Positions 44,191 through 55,775 of a DNA stretch of 64,000 nucleotides are shown here, piece by piece. The notes beneath the pieces were generated by a model, which was not told the DNA's origin, did no database searches, and was given only the letters and a program-made list of their open reading frames with translations. Origin of the DNA: the human T2T-CHM13v2.0 reference genome, Homo sapiens; NCBI RefSeq assembly GCF_009914755.1, contig NC_060940.1; one strand, written 5' to 3'. The translations under genes were made by a program, and so were the position numbers. How positions within the stretch are numbered: position 1 is the stretch's first letter; every line of letters begins with the position of its first letter.

Positions 44191-45534
44191 GGCCTGCCCT
44201 GGCAGCGACAGAGAGCTGGTGACCACCAGAAACCCTGGCCCTGGGACGGCTTTTGTCTCTTTTTTGTTGGGCAAATGGGCTCCCAGCCGGGCTTGGGCCT
44301 CCACCGCCGGGAAGGCGGGACTGCGCTCGGGTACTGGGCTCCGGCCTCCCGAAGTCCTTGGTAAGCCTTGCCTGTAGCGGCTCCGCTGCCGAGTGCTTTG
44401 ACACCAGGCGCTCCCAGAGCTCTGCCCCCACTGCCAAGCGGCAGCTGCTCCGGAGGGCACGGGGGGCTGGATTTGGCTGTGGCTTCTCCAGCTCTGCACA
44501 AGAGCCCCCCTTCCCTGGCCCTGCTGCAGCATGACTGCCTCCTGGCTCGTGTCACCCACTCTGTCTCTGTCTCTCTTCATACGTTTCCAGCTGAGCTGGG
44601 ATCCATAGTCTGTTTCCCTCTCCACGACCAATCTATTTATCTTCTCTGGAACTTCTTGTAATGCCGGGAGTGCAGAGCTTACAAGTTGGGGCAGGAAGCT
44701 TTAGAAGCCCAGGCAGCCCTGAGAGGCTCTTTCCTTGTAAGTGGGTCTCTCCCCAGGAGCCTCTTGGAATATTTAGCAGGGACTTTTACCCATGCTGGGT
44801 CTAGAGACCCTCCCGCCCCTCTGTTTCCTGCCCTCCTACTTAGACTGGGATCTGGTTTCCCTCAGCTGGTTCCCTTGCTAGCGTGTGACTCTGTGTGTCT
44901 GTCTGTGACTGGTTTAGATTTGTATGAAATAAAAAAGAAAAGAGAATTTAACTTGGGCAATTGAAAAAACAATACACCAAGCATTGAATAAAAGCAGATC
45001 TTTATAACTGGCAAAATTGCTGTTAAGAGGGTCTGTTTACCCTAAACTGGAATTTCTTTCCCAATAAGTTGGTGATAAAGATTTTAGATGGAAAAGACGA
45101 GATTGGCTGAGTAGCAGGAGTGGCTGTTCTGGAGCTTAGGGTGGGGTGTCCCCGGGGCAGGGCCAGGGACCCCAGGGACAGAGCCGTGTCACCAGGCACA
45201 GACCGTCTCTGCAGGGGCCACTGTGCCTTGGCCCGCCTGGCCACCACCCTGCCGTGGCCTCTGCTCACCCACTGTTCTTCATTCCCCTGACCGGTCCAAG
45301 CTGATAAACTGTCACCAGGGACCTCGGCTGGTCCGTTTGGCACCACTGTGGGTTTACGCGGTTTGAAGAGTGCCACCCTTGCCCTCACCCATGACCTTCT
45401 AAGTGGGAGCAGACACCACGGGAGAGCTGGGGATCTCTCCTGGCTGGCAACTTCACCACGGCTCCGATCTGACCGAGCTCTGATTGTCTGCCGGCACGTC
45501 TGTCTCTGCTGCTACAATGCCGTATGTGTGCCTT

Positions 45535-45965
45535 TGTTCACAAGTGTTGATTGAACACCACCTGTGTGCTAAAGACCATGCTGGGCATGGGGGGCATAGC
45601 AGGGCACACACCAGACACAACCCCTGCCCCGAGAGCAGATATTCAAGAGGAAGGCAGATAACTCCCGAATGAGCAGGTAAAGGAGTGATGCCGGGTGGTG
45701 AGAGGGCCACGAAGAAACAGGCAGGGGACAGAGAGACCTGAGGGCGTGGCTTTAGACGGGTGGTCGCAGAGGCCTAAGGAGGTGGCATTTGGCAGAGAGT
45801 TCCAGACCAAGCGAAGAGCATATGCAAGGGCCCCGGGGCAGCCAGTGCCTGGCATGCTTACCCTCACCATGAAGGCGGGGACCGTGGCTCCCTGTCCTCG
45901 TGATCTCTCCAGTGCGTGGCACAGTGCACATAATAGGTGCTCAGTAAACTTTTGTTGAGTGAATG
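45535..45965. mobile_element. Two L2 fragments in opposite orientation (minus ~45535-45840, plus ~45865-45965)
   Basis: ATTGAACACC..TGTGTGC..CATGCTGGGC (antisense 3' end) and ACATAATAGGTGCTCAGTAAACTTTTGTTGAGTGAATG (sense 3' end). Confidence 0.7.
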
Positions 45966-46000
45966 TGAGCTTTTTAGTCAGCTGTTGCTGGGAGACATGA

Positions 46001-46338
<338 letters not shown>

Positions 46339-46617
46339 GGAAATAAGATTCTTACAAGCACGGAGGGTGCGCGTCTTCCCGAGTTTCCTGGGTCAAGAGC
46401 TGATGTTCCAAGCAGGTTCTTACTGCATTCCAGAAGCTTCATTCTCTCTCCAGGACCCAGGGTGGAGTCAACCATCTGGCCTCTCTGGGCAGAACTCTTT
46501 GTGCTGGGAGAGTTCTGAAGGTCACTGGAGCATCGGAGGAGAGCCTTGGCTCTCCTGCCGCCTGTTTCACAACTGATTAGATCAGCCCTAAATGCCTTCT
46601 CTAAAAGATACAATTCT

Positions 46618-46922
46618 GACCAGGCACGGTGGCTCCTGCCTGTAATCCCAGCTCTTTGGGAGGCTGAGGCAGGAGGATCGCTTGAGCCCAGGAGTTGTAG
46701 ATCAACCTGGGCAAGATAATGAGACCACATCTCTACAAAAAATTTTAAAATTAGCTGGGCGTGGTGGTGCACACCTGTAGTCCCAGCTACTCAGGAGGCT
46801 GAGGCTGGAGGATCGCTTGAGCCCAGGAGTTCGAGGCTGCAGTGAGCCATGCTTGCATCACTGTACTCCAGCCTGAGTGACAGAGTGAGACCCTGTCACT
46901 AAAAAACTAAACTAAACTAAAA
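46618..46922 (+). mobile_element. AluJ
   Basis: GGATCGCTTGAGCCCAGGAG in both arms. (CTAAA)n tail. Confidence 0.95.
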
Positions 46923-47179
46923 TTCCATTTGAAATGATGATGAAGTTTAAAATAAAATTCCAGCAACTGTAGACCACCCTGTTTTCTCTAGGGGGCTTCC
47001 CAGACTGATTAGATTGGGGTCAAGGGCACTTCAAGGTCACCCGAGAGTGATGGGTCCCCCTCCCTAGGGCATGGACGGCTCTGGGAGGGCTGCGGGCTCC
47101 CTGAGTTGAGCACATGGAGGGGGTCCTGCCCAAGCAGCTGCTGTGAGTCGGGTGCTGTGTCTGGAAACAGCACTCTTCC

Positions 47180-47938
47180 TAGTCATATTATTTCTGTGTT
47201 GCTGTAAGAAGTCACCGTGGACTTGGTGGCTTAAACCAAAAGCTTGTTCCCTTACAGTTCTGGAGGTCAGAGCCCTGACTCGGATCTCACGAGGCTAAAT
47301 TCGAGGTGTGGGCAGGACTGGCTCCTCCTGGAGGCCCTAGGGGAGAAACTGTTCCCTCATCTTTTCCCACTTCTAGGGGCCGTTTCATCTCCTACATCAT
47401 TCTGACCTCTTGCTGCTGCCTTTTTTTTGAGACAGGATCTCACTCTGTGGCCCAGGCTGGAGTGCAGTGGCGTGATCACGGCTCACTGCAACCTTGACCT
47501 CCCTGGGCTCAAGCGATCCTCCCACTTTAGCCTCCCAAGTAGCTGGGATTACAGACATGCGACACCATTCCTGCTTCATGTTTGTATTTTTGAGAGATGG
47601 GGTCTCACTCTGTTGTGCAGGCTGGTCTCAAAATCCAGGCTTCAAGCAGTCCTCCCTCCCAAAGCAGTCCTCAAGCTTCCCAAAGTGCTGGGATTACAGG
47701 CATGAGCCCCCACTTGCTCCTGTTCTCACATCTCCCACCACCCACTCCTGCCTCCCTTGCAAGGACCCTGTGACCCCATTAGATGCCCCTCGCCACCCTG
47801 GACAGTCCAGGATACTCTCCCCATCTCAAGATTCCAACTCATGTCTGCAAAGTCCCTTCTGCCATAGAAGGTGACATTTTCATAGACTCCGGGGATTAGA
47901 TGTGGACGTCTTTTGGGGCTGTTATGCAGCCTAACACA
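47180..47938 (-). mobile_element. MLT1C-like LTR split by an AluJ
   Basis: TTGGTGGCTTAAA..CAGTTCTGGAGGTCAG; CCCCATCTCAAGAT..TCTGCAAAGTCCCTT..GGGGATTAGATGTGGAC. Confidence 0.85.
47421..47712 (-). mobile_element. AluJ
   Basis: GAGACAGGATCTCACTCTG..GATCACGGCTCACTGC..GGGCTCAAGCGATCCTCCC. Confidence 0.93.
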
Positions 47939-48767
47939 CTCTCCCTGGCTGGGCTGAGCTGGCTGAGCCTGAGGGGCGTGGTGTCCATGCTCACAATTAG
48001 TCATTTATTGAGCGCCGACTGTGTGCCAGGCACTGTTGTAGGTGCTTTGCTGGGACTGGTCCCTCAGCCTCACGGTCATTCTGCAGGGGCAAACTGGGCC
48101 CCACTGCCTGGCTCAACCCCAAGGGTGCATTCTGCGTCACCCCGGGTCAGTCCCCTCCTTGGGAACACGGGGCTGATGACGGAGCCCCCTTGAGAGGGTG
48201 GCCTCAGTTAGTAACTCCCGAGTTTAGAGCTGGGAGGGCAGCCCTCTAGGTGGTCCCTGCGCCACCCTTGCAGGGCAGGGGCTGGATACTGGCCGGACCC
48301 AGGAGGTTCTGGGTGCAGTTTAGCGTTTTCCCAGGAGGTGGCGCAGTGAAGCCCTGGATGCACAGCCAAAGCCAAGCCCTGGGGCTGCCCCCACCCTGTC
48401 CCTGGGCACTGGGAATGGCACTCACCCTAGAGACCCAGCCAGGCTCTGCCCCTCCCCTAGCCTCTGAGCAACGCACCCCAGGAGATGGCCAACTGACCCC
48501 ACCTTCCAGTGCACTGGGCGTCCCTCTGCCTCTGCCTGCCCCTCAAGCAGCTAAGCCATGGTCCTCACCTCTGGTCACTGCTCAACCCGTCTATCCCCAA
48601 ATACACTAAGATGGGCTCTCACAAGACGCAGAGAACACAGCACGGTGCAACCCAGGAGGGCTCCAGGGAGGAGGCGCACTACTTGAACTGGGCACCCAGA
48701 CCCTAGGAGGGCAAAGGAGGCCCCTCAGGGGAAAAGAACCTGAAAGTGGATACAGCAATGATGGTGG

Positions 48768-48840
48768 GCTTCCTCCTTTCCCCTCCCTCTTCTCTTCCCT
48801 CCCTCCTTCTCTCCCTCCCTCCTTCTCTCCCTCCCTCCCA
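48768..48840. repeat. (CCCT/CCTT)n polypyrimidine tract
   Basis: About 70 nt of pure C/T. Confidence 0.92.
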
Positions 48841-49019
48841 TGGGGACGGCTGCTTCTGCCTGGAGCGAGTTCTAGGCCCCAACCCAGGGCTGGACACTGC
48901 AGAAGGCCTGGAGTGAGAACCCAGTGTGTGCTGCTGGATGACTCTGCGAGCCCATGGGTGTGACCTGGGCGGGATATCACTCTGTGTGACCACCTTTGGG
49001 AACTGGGTTTTCTCTGCTG

Positions 49020-49345
49020 CCCACGGAGTTGACAGGGAAGGCAGGAAGTGGCTGCCGCAGCTCCCAGCTCCCACTACCCTCCGAGCCAGCCTGGCTCCTG
49101 TGTACAGCTTGCAGCAGCCTGTGCCAGGGTGGGGCGGAGGCTGGGAGGGCAGGAGGAGGGCCTGCGCCCGGCGGCGGCTGGCTGTGGCCTGCTCCACACC
49201 CTCGCGCTCTCTTCTGGGGAGTTTGCGCCCCACACTGAGTTGTGGGCCTGGGCCTGGAGGGAGCCGGAGGCGTCCTCTTCTCCTCCCACCCTCGCTGCTC
49301 CGCCCCCCTCGTTCCTTCCCCAGGCCAAGGGGAGCTGACTGATGA
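49020..49345 (+). promoter_or_regulatory. Candidate alternative promoter/5' UTR (CpG-dense, GC boxes)
   Basis: ETS CAGGAAGTG at 49042-49050, GC box GGGGCGGAG at 49131-49139, CCGCCCCC at 49300-49307, local CpG clustering. Lies directly upstream of an ATG plus splice donor. Confidence 0.45.
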
Positions 49346-49416
49346 CCGAGGCCACCGCTGCTCCTCGGGCTACCAGGCCAGGGCAGGGGGGCCAGGGGCT
49401 GGGCCAGGCAGTGCTC

Positions 49417-49456
49417 ATGGACCAGAAGAGCCCCAAGTGGAAAGTGCTCCTGCCGG
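49417..49456 (+). CDS. Putative short coding part of an alternative first exon (MDQKSPKWKVLLP + 1 nt, phase 1); in-frame upstream ATG at 49342
   Basis: CTC-ATG-G start, then open frame to the strong donor CGG|GTGAGT (intron would begin at 49457). Promoter-like context upstream. No downstream exon identified in the window. Confidence 0.4.
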
Positions 49457-50389
49457 GTGAGTCCCCGGGGATGGCCCCACGCAGCGCCATGGAGGAGCCA
49501 GGGAGTGGGTCTTGGGACAGTGCCCAGACTTCCAGGACAGAAGACGGAGATAGCAAGGAGGGACAGAGGGCCGAGCTGTGACTCGGTGAGGGTGTGCGTC
49601 CTGGCTGCAGGGGCTGTATGGGTGCAGATGTGGAGCATGAGTGCTGGCCCAGGGGACGGTGACCTCAGGGACAGGCATAATGGTCCTAGTCTGAGCCCCA
49701 GTGCCCAGGCGCAGGCGTTAGGATTCTAAGGGGGCGTGGCAGGGCCTTGGGGCCACAGCTGACAGCCTTCTGGGCACTCCCTGGGCACATCCCAGCTGCC
49801 TCTGCTGCTGGCACCCCTATTGTACTGTGCATGGACCCTTACGGGACACAGGCTGGCACAGAGCCTGGCACCAGACACCTGAGGGTGAGCTCAGGGTGCC
49901 TCCCATCCTCCCAGCTCACTGGGCCCCTGGGTACTAGGTGGCCCTCTGAGGTCACTGAATCCCACCCTCCTTTCCCGTGGAGGGGGAAACTGAGGCTGCT
50001 CAGTAGTCCCGGATGGTGCCAAGCCTAGAACCTGAATGACCCTCTCCCAAGCTTCCTACTGCTTCTGGAAGTGGGAGGAAAAGGGCAGGAGGGGCTGGGA
50101 GAGGAGCCAGGCAGCCATGGCTGAAGGAACGGGCAGAGAGGGAGAGGAAGCGTGCAGAGGGGCTCCGCCTCTGCGGAGCTTCCAGGAGGGCACAGGTGTG
50201 TGTGGCACAGGTGACACCAAAGCCCTGGTGCTCCTAGTTCCCTTACCAGGTGGGGTGTAAGCGGCTTCTCACCCTCCCCTTCCTCCATCATGGCTGGTTT
50301 CACAGCTAGCGCGGGACTGTGGCCCGGACCCTCCACTCCCTGGCTTGGGCTGTGGAAGATGGATTTGATTTCATTAAGAAGGAACCCCT

Positions 50390-50686
50390 GGCGGGCGCGG
50401 TGGCTTGTGCTTGTGAGATCAAGGTGGGCAGATCACTTGAGCCCAGGAGTTTCAGAACAGCCTGGGCAACATGGCAAAACCCCATCTCTAAAAAACAACA
50501 CAAACAATAAGCAGAGTATGGTGGCTCATGCCTGTGGTCCCAGCTACCCTGGAGGCTGAGGTGGGAGGCTCACCTTAGCCTGGGAGGTTGAGGCTTCAGT
50601 GAGCCGAGATCATGCACACTGCACTCCAACCTGGGTGACAGTGAAACTCTGGACTCTGTCTCACAAAAAAAAAAAAAAAAAAAAAA
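50390..50686 (+). mobile_element. AluJ (internally deleted)
   Basis: GGCGGGCGCGGTGGCT start, CACTTGAGCCCAGGAG, long A-tail. Confidence 0.93.
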
Positions 50687-50924
50687 GAACACACTACCCT
50701 ATGGCAAGCACACATTAGCAAGTAGTGCGCACCTCGTGCCCTTCTGCACGTGGGCTGGCTGCGAGGTAGTGAGCTCCCCATCCCTGACCATATTCAAACA
50801 GGATTCGTGCAACCCGTCAAGGAGTCTGTGGAGGTCAGAAGAGACCATATTCCTTCTGGGTCTTAGATTCCAGATCCCAGTTCCTCCATGCACCTCATCT
50901 GTACTGTAATGAGGATCCTAGCCG

Positions 50925-51160
50925 CCAGGATTTAGTGAGCACTTACTGTATACCAAGGTTCTTCACCACCCTCGGTGGGCACCAGTTCACCAAATCCTCA
51001 CCACACCCTGGGAGGTGGGCAGGCTCCTCCCCCTTGTTGCAGATGAGAAGGCTAAGGAGGAGGGGAAAAGTGACTTGCTGACGGTCGTCCCGCCAGTCAG
51101 CTGAGTCACAGAGCTGGGTTGCAAAGCCAGGCCATGTGGCACAGAGCTTTCATCCTGACC
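50925..51160 (-). mobile_element. MIR fragment
   Basis: TGAGCACTTACTGTATACCA..ATCCTCACCACACCCTGGGAGGT..GCAGATGAGAAGGCTAAGG. Confidence 0.78.
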
Positions 51161-52280
51161 TCAGTTACAGGAAGTCCACCGGTTAGGAAAGTGTTCTCTA
51201 AACTGTGAGACATGCAGAAGTTCTCCAGAATCACCTGCACGGCTTTGACTGTGAGGGCAGTGGGCTGTGGCCTTCTAGGCCCAGGTCCTCTGCCAGGACA
51301 GGCAGGTGTCAGCAACAGCAGCAGCCAATGTGGCCATGGGATGCCGGCTCCTTGTCCACCAGGGTGGGTGCCAGGCGCCTGGTAGCAGGCCCAGCTGCCT
51401 CGAGGTGCTCCCAGGGATGGATCGCTCCATGCTGGGATCCCCCACTCTCACGCGCTCTCCCTCCACCCCTTTGTCTCAAACAGCCAGGCTGTTGGGGTGC
51501 CTTCTCTGATGTCTTCTATCATGGGCTGTTTGTTTGGGTGTCTCTGGTGTCTTCTCTTGTCAAACAGACAAAAAATGGAAAGAAAGCAAGGGAGGGAAGA
51601 GCAGAGGAGGGGAGGGGACGAGAACCTCTCCCCCTCCGCTGCTTTCCAGCTCAGCCTGTCTCCCCATTTGTGAAGTAGGGATGCTGTGGCAGCTGCCTCC
51701 CGGGGCCCCTGGGAGAATGGGCTGGGGCACTGTGTATAGCAGGGATTCAGTGACCGCATCGCTACTATGTGTCCTCCCAGCCTGGAGTGAGTGTCTGGGA
51801 GGGCCACAGGTATGCTGGCCACGGCCTGGAAGAGTCCGCTCAGAGCAGGTGCTCCAGGGAGATTCTGGAGTGAACAGGTGTGTGGCGGGTGGGTGGAGGG
51901 ACGAAAGGGCGAATGAATGAGCGCTGGCCGCCTTCTCCCGGCAGGCCTGGGGACCCTGGATCCCCGAGGCAGCCCAGGGCAGGGTGATTGTGCTCCTGCC
52001 CCACGGTGCCCCACGGTTACCACCGCCACGGCAGGGCCAGTCTCTTTGTCTCTTTCATGAGCGGCAGCCTCCAGGCACCCGCCCGGCCTCCCTCCCCGCT
52101 CCCCGCAGGCCCTGTCAGGTCAGCGGCGCCTTATCCATCGCCCCACGGTGGCTGCATGTGCGTATGTGTGTGGGTGTCCACATGTGTCAGGTTCACATGA
52201 ATCTGTGTACCTGTGTCTGTGTGCACATGTGGTTCTCAGTGTGTATGTGTGTGGTGCTGTATGTGTTGGTGTGTGCACGC

Positions 52281-52612
52281 GTGGCCCTCAGTGTGTAGTG
52301 TGTGTCAGTGTGCATGTGCGTGGTTGCATGTGGCCCTCGGTGTGCAGTGTGTGTCAGTGTGCCTCTGTGTGTTCACGCGTGGCCCTCGGTGTGCAGTGTG
52401 TGTCATTGTGCCTGTGCATGGTCGTGCGTGGTCCTCGGTGTGCAGTGTGTGTCAGTGTGTATGTGCGTGGTTGTGTGTGGCCCTCGGTGTGCAGTGTGTG
52501 TCAGTGTGCCTCTGTGTGGTCGCGTGTGGCCCTCGGTGTGCAGTGTGTGTCATTGTGTATGTGTGTGGTTGTGTGTGGCCCTCCGTGTGCAGTGTGTGTC
52601 AGTGTGCATGTC
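52281..52612. repeat. 49-bp TG-rich minisatellite (~7 copies) within a TG-rich tract 52150-52735
   Basis: Units start GTGGCCCTCGGTGTGCAGTGTGTGTCA at 52281, 52330, 52379, 52428, 52477, 52526 and 52575. Confidence 0.97.
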
Positions 52613-54019
52613 TGTGTCTGTGTCCATGTGCATTTTTGTGTGCACATGTATGATTGTGTGTGGGTGTGTGGCTCTCAGTGTATAATGTGTGTCAGTGTGT
52701 GCGTGTGTGTGTGTGTGTGTGTGCGCGCGTGCACAGGTAGCTCCTAGCGTGTTGTGTGGTGTGATGTACAGGTCTCAGGGTGTGTGGCTGCCATGGCCAG
52801 GCTGAGGGCAGTAGCGTGGAGGCAATAGCTTTGGCAGCCAGCCAGGCCCATGACCCTGGAGGGGGTAGGGGGTGGATGGGCCCAGTGGATGCGTTCGAGC
52901 TGCTGGTTTGGTGAGGGCTGTGGAGGAGGGAGGCGCCCACGCAGTTTCGGGACCCTCGCCAACCTCCTCTTGGGCTGCCTTCTGCCTCACTGAGGACGGA
53001 CAGCCCCCATCCTCTGTGGGGTGAAGACAAATGAGGGACGAAGACAGTCCTTCCTCTCGTCACTCCTCCTGGTGATGGTGACATTGTGCCTTCCCTTTGG
53101 GGCCGAGGCCATCCCAATTGGGCACCCCTTTGCCCCCGAGTGTCATGGTAGAAAACAGGGCTGCGGCCCCAGCGTTCTGGGTTTTGATCCTGGCGCAGCC
53201 ACTCGCTGCTGTGTGACCTGGATGAGCCACCTAATCTCTCTGCACTGCTGCCGGCCATCAAGGGGAGTCAGCAGCCCCTCACGGGCTGGGACTGTAGGAT
53301 AGAGTGAGTTGGGGTGCGAGGCCCTCAGGACACCCAGCTCAGGCTGTGCGAGCTGCCGGCACCCTGCCTGTCACTGCCACTCTTGTCATTACTAATCCCC
53401 TTGCCTGGGAGCTTCTGGATCCCAGTGTCACCTCCCAGGCCCCAGGTGCCTTTTCGGGCCACCCAGAGCCCATGCCTTGGCCCTGCCAAGTCACCTCACC
53501 TCCCCCAGGTGAGGGGCAATGCAGGAGTCTCAGATGAGCAGGACCGCAGCCATGAGGGAGGTTCCCGCCTCATCTTCACCAGGCCCAGGGCGCCCATTAA
53601 GGTGGGACCCAGTCCAGCCCCCATATCTGGGAAGCAGCGGGTGTCACAAAGAGCCACAGCTGGGCAGCACCAGTGCTGGTGGGGTGCAGGGCAGCCGGAT
53701 GCCAAGACCCTGAGACCCCCAAGCCTGCCTGGGGCCATGCAGGGCTTAAGCGGTGGGTTTGCTGGTGTTCAACCAGGTATAGGGGAAGCTGGGGTGGAGA
53801 CTGGAGTTTGGACACCTCTGACTCTGTCTTCCCTCGCCGGGCACCTCCCAGGCAGCACCCAGAGCGCCATGAGCCCAGGCTGGGCCAGCACAGGCGAGGG
53901 AACCACACAGGCCTGCCTGTCTCTCCCGGGGGCAGCTCCGTAGCCACACTGCCCGCCTCCAGTACCCTGGCCCCTGTGACTCTCTCCCCTTCACCAAGTG
54001 AGATACTGGAAGGGAAAGA

Positions 54020-54170
54020 ACATGTATTAAGTGCCTACTGCATGCCAGCTCTCGTGCGCATGTCAACTCCACCATCAGCCCCATTTTATAGGTGAAGAAA
54101 CAGGCTCAGAGACGTGTGAGGTTTGCCCCAGGTGTGCCGGGGGCCTGGCTGCAGCCCAGCAGTTCTGAAG
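54020..54170 (-). mobile_element. MIR fragment
   Basis: TATTAAGTGCCTACTGCATGCCAG..CCCCATTTTATAGGTGAAGAAACAGGCTCAGAGA. Confidence 0.8.
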
Positions 54171-55619
54171 CTGGAATTCCCACAGGGAACCAGACCCCAC
54201 ACTCCAACTTGGCCTCCCTTCTGCTATGTGGATTTCTCCTTGGGCCTGAGCAACTGCCCCCAACCCTCACGGTCCTCACCCCCGCCAAAGAAGGTACAGA
54301 CTCCAGGCTTCTCTCTTTTCATCCCCAGCCCAAACAAGCTCTGCACCCGCTGTTCTGCCTCCCCTGGCAAGCAGAACATGGTGAGATGGCCGCAGAGAGG
54401 CCCAGGAACCAGACCCCACAGGCACATCTGAGCCTGAGTTTCTCTCTCCGGGAAATGGGGATGATCGAGGAGCTCGACCTCGGTTAGTCCTGGGGAGGTG
54501 CCTGGGTGCCTGGCACAGTGCCCCTGCCCGTTAGGATTACTGCAACTGTTGGAACCCTGCCCTTCTGCTCCCGGCCCATTAGGGCTGGGCTGGGGTGAGT
54601 TCGGTGGCTGCGCGGGCTGGTCTGGCCACCTCCTGGCTCCTTGATGGCAGATTTGGGCACAGAAAGAGCCTGTGGCCGGGTGGTGTGGGCAGAGTGGGCT
54701 GGGGGCTCTGCCCTCCCTGCCTGCCTGCCGGGCGTGTGGTCCTGGCTGGAGACACAGGAACACAGCCCTGGCTCTGTTCTCGAAGTCGTGGGAGGCGGGC
54801 TGTCACCACAGTGGCTGGGAGCTGGAGGCCAGCCCAGAGGGAGAGAGGACGCCATGTCTGTGCCCTCACCCTTCAGCACAGGCCCTGCCAAGCCACAGGT
54901 GCCTCTGCTGCACAGGGAGTGAGAGGGGGCTTTGCTGGGCAGAGAGCAGGGGGCTGGGGCTGGGAGATGGAGGTGGGGGCTGTGAAGGGGAGGACAGGAC
55001 AGCAAGGATTGCTGGGAAAAGAGGCTGTGTCCGTGGTGCCATAGGCCTCTCTGCACACCCCTCCGCACACCGCACACCGCACACCCGGCCCCGCGTTACC
55101 CGACGGCCCCTCCTGTTGTGCAGGTTGCACGCTGTGCAGTCGCGGGTGGCCGTTTGGCCAGAGTTGCCCAGTGTGAGTGACCCAGGCCTGCCTCCCACCT
55201 TCACCGACCACGTGTTGATTTTTGGTTCTGGAATTCTGATCACCTTATTTTTTATTGTAAGCCTGGAATGTTGACAAGGTTGCCGTGTGTGCACAGTTGT
55301 GGATGACGGGGTACCCCTGGTAGGCCGCACGTGGTCTGAGGATTTGGGGGCTGCAGGAAGCCGTTTCTGTCCTCAGGGGACAGAAGAACATCTCTCTGTG
55401 CTTCTCTCTGGGTGTGTCACGCATCCCACTCTCCACAGGCATCTGTGCGGTGTCTGAATTGCAGGGTGCCATGCTGCACAGCCCCCAGTGGTTCGGGTCT
55501 GGCCTGTTCTCCCCCTTGGCTCCTGGCCCCCCTTGCCAAGAAATAAAATTCTTAACTCAAGGACTCTGGTTTGGGCTGCTGGCTCCCTCAGATCCCTGGG
55601 GAAAGAGATGCCAATGGAA

Positions 55620-55775
55620 ACCTCTCCTGGCTGTGTGACCTTGGGCAAGTTACCTACCCTCTCTGTGCCTTAGCTGTCTATCTGAATGAAGGAAGGACTG
55701 ACAGAATATGTGGTAGGGCTGGAGGCAGTTAAATGAGATGATGATGAGGGCACTGTGAGAAGGAACAGTAAGCAA
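55620..55775 (+). mobile_element. MIR fragment
   Basis: GGCTGTGTGACCTTGGGCAAGTTACCTACCCTCTCTGTGCCT. Confidence 0.85.

Noticed and set aside
49342-49581. 79-aa single-exon microprotein
   Set aside because: A strong donor at 49457 lies within it, so a spliced first exon is the more economical reading. The unspliced product is not excluded but has no support.
48703-49638. 311-aa minus-strand ORF and other long GC-rich ORFs (39670-40482, 41506-42387, 55921-56625, 62169-62930)
   Set aside because: Pro/Gly/Arg/Ala-rich composition expected from stop-poor GC-rich DNA. Several run through TE relics, and no domain is recognisable.
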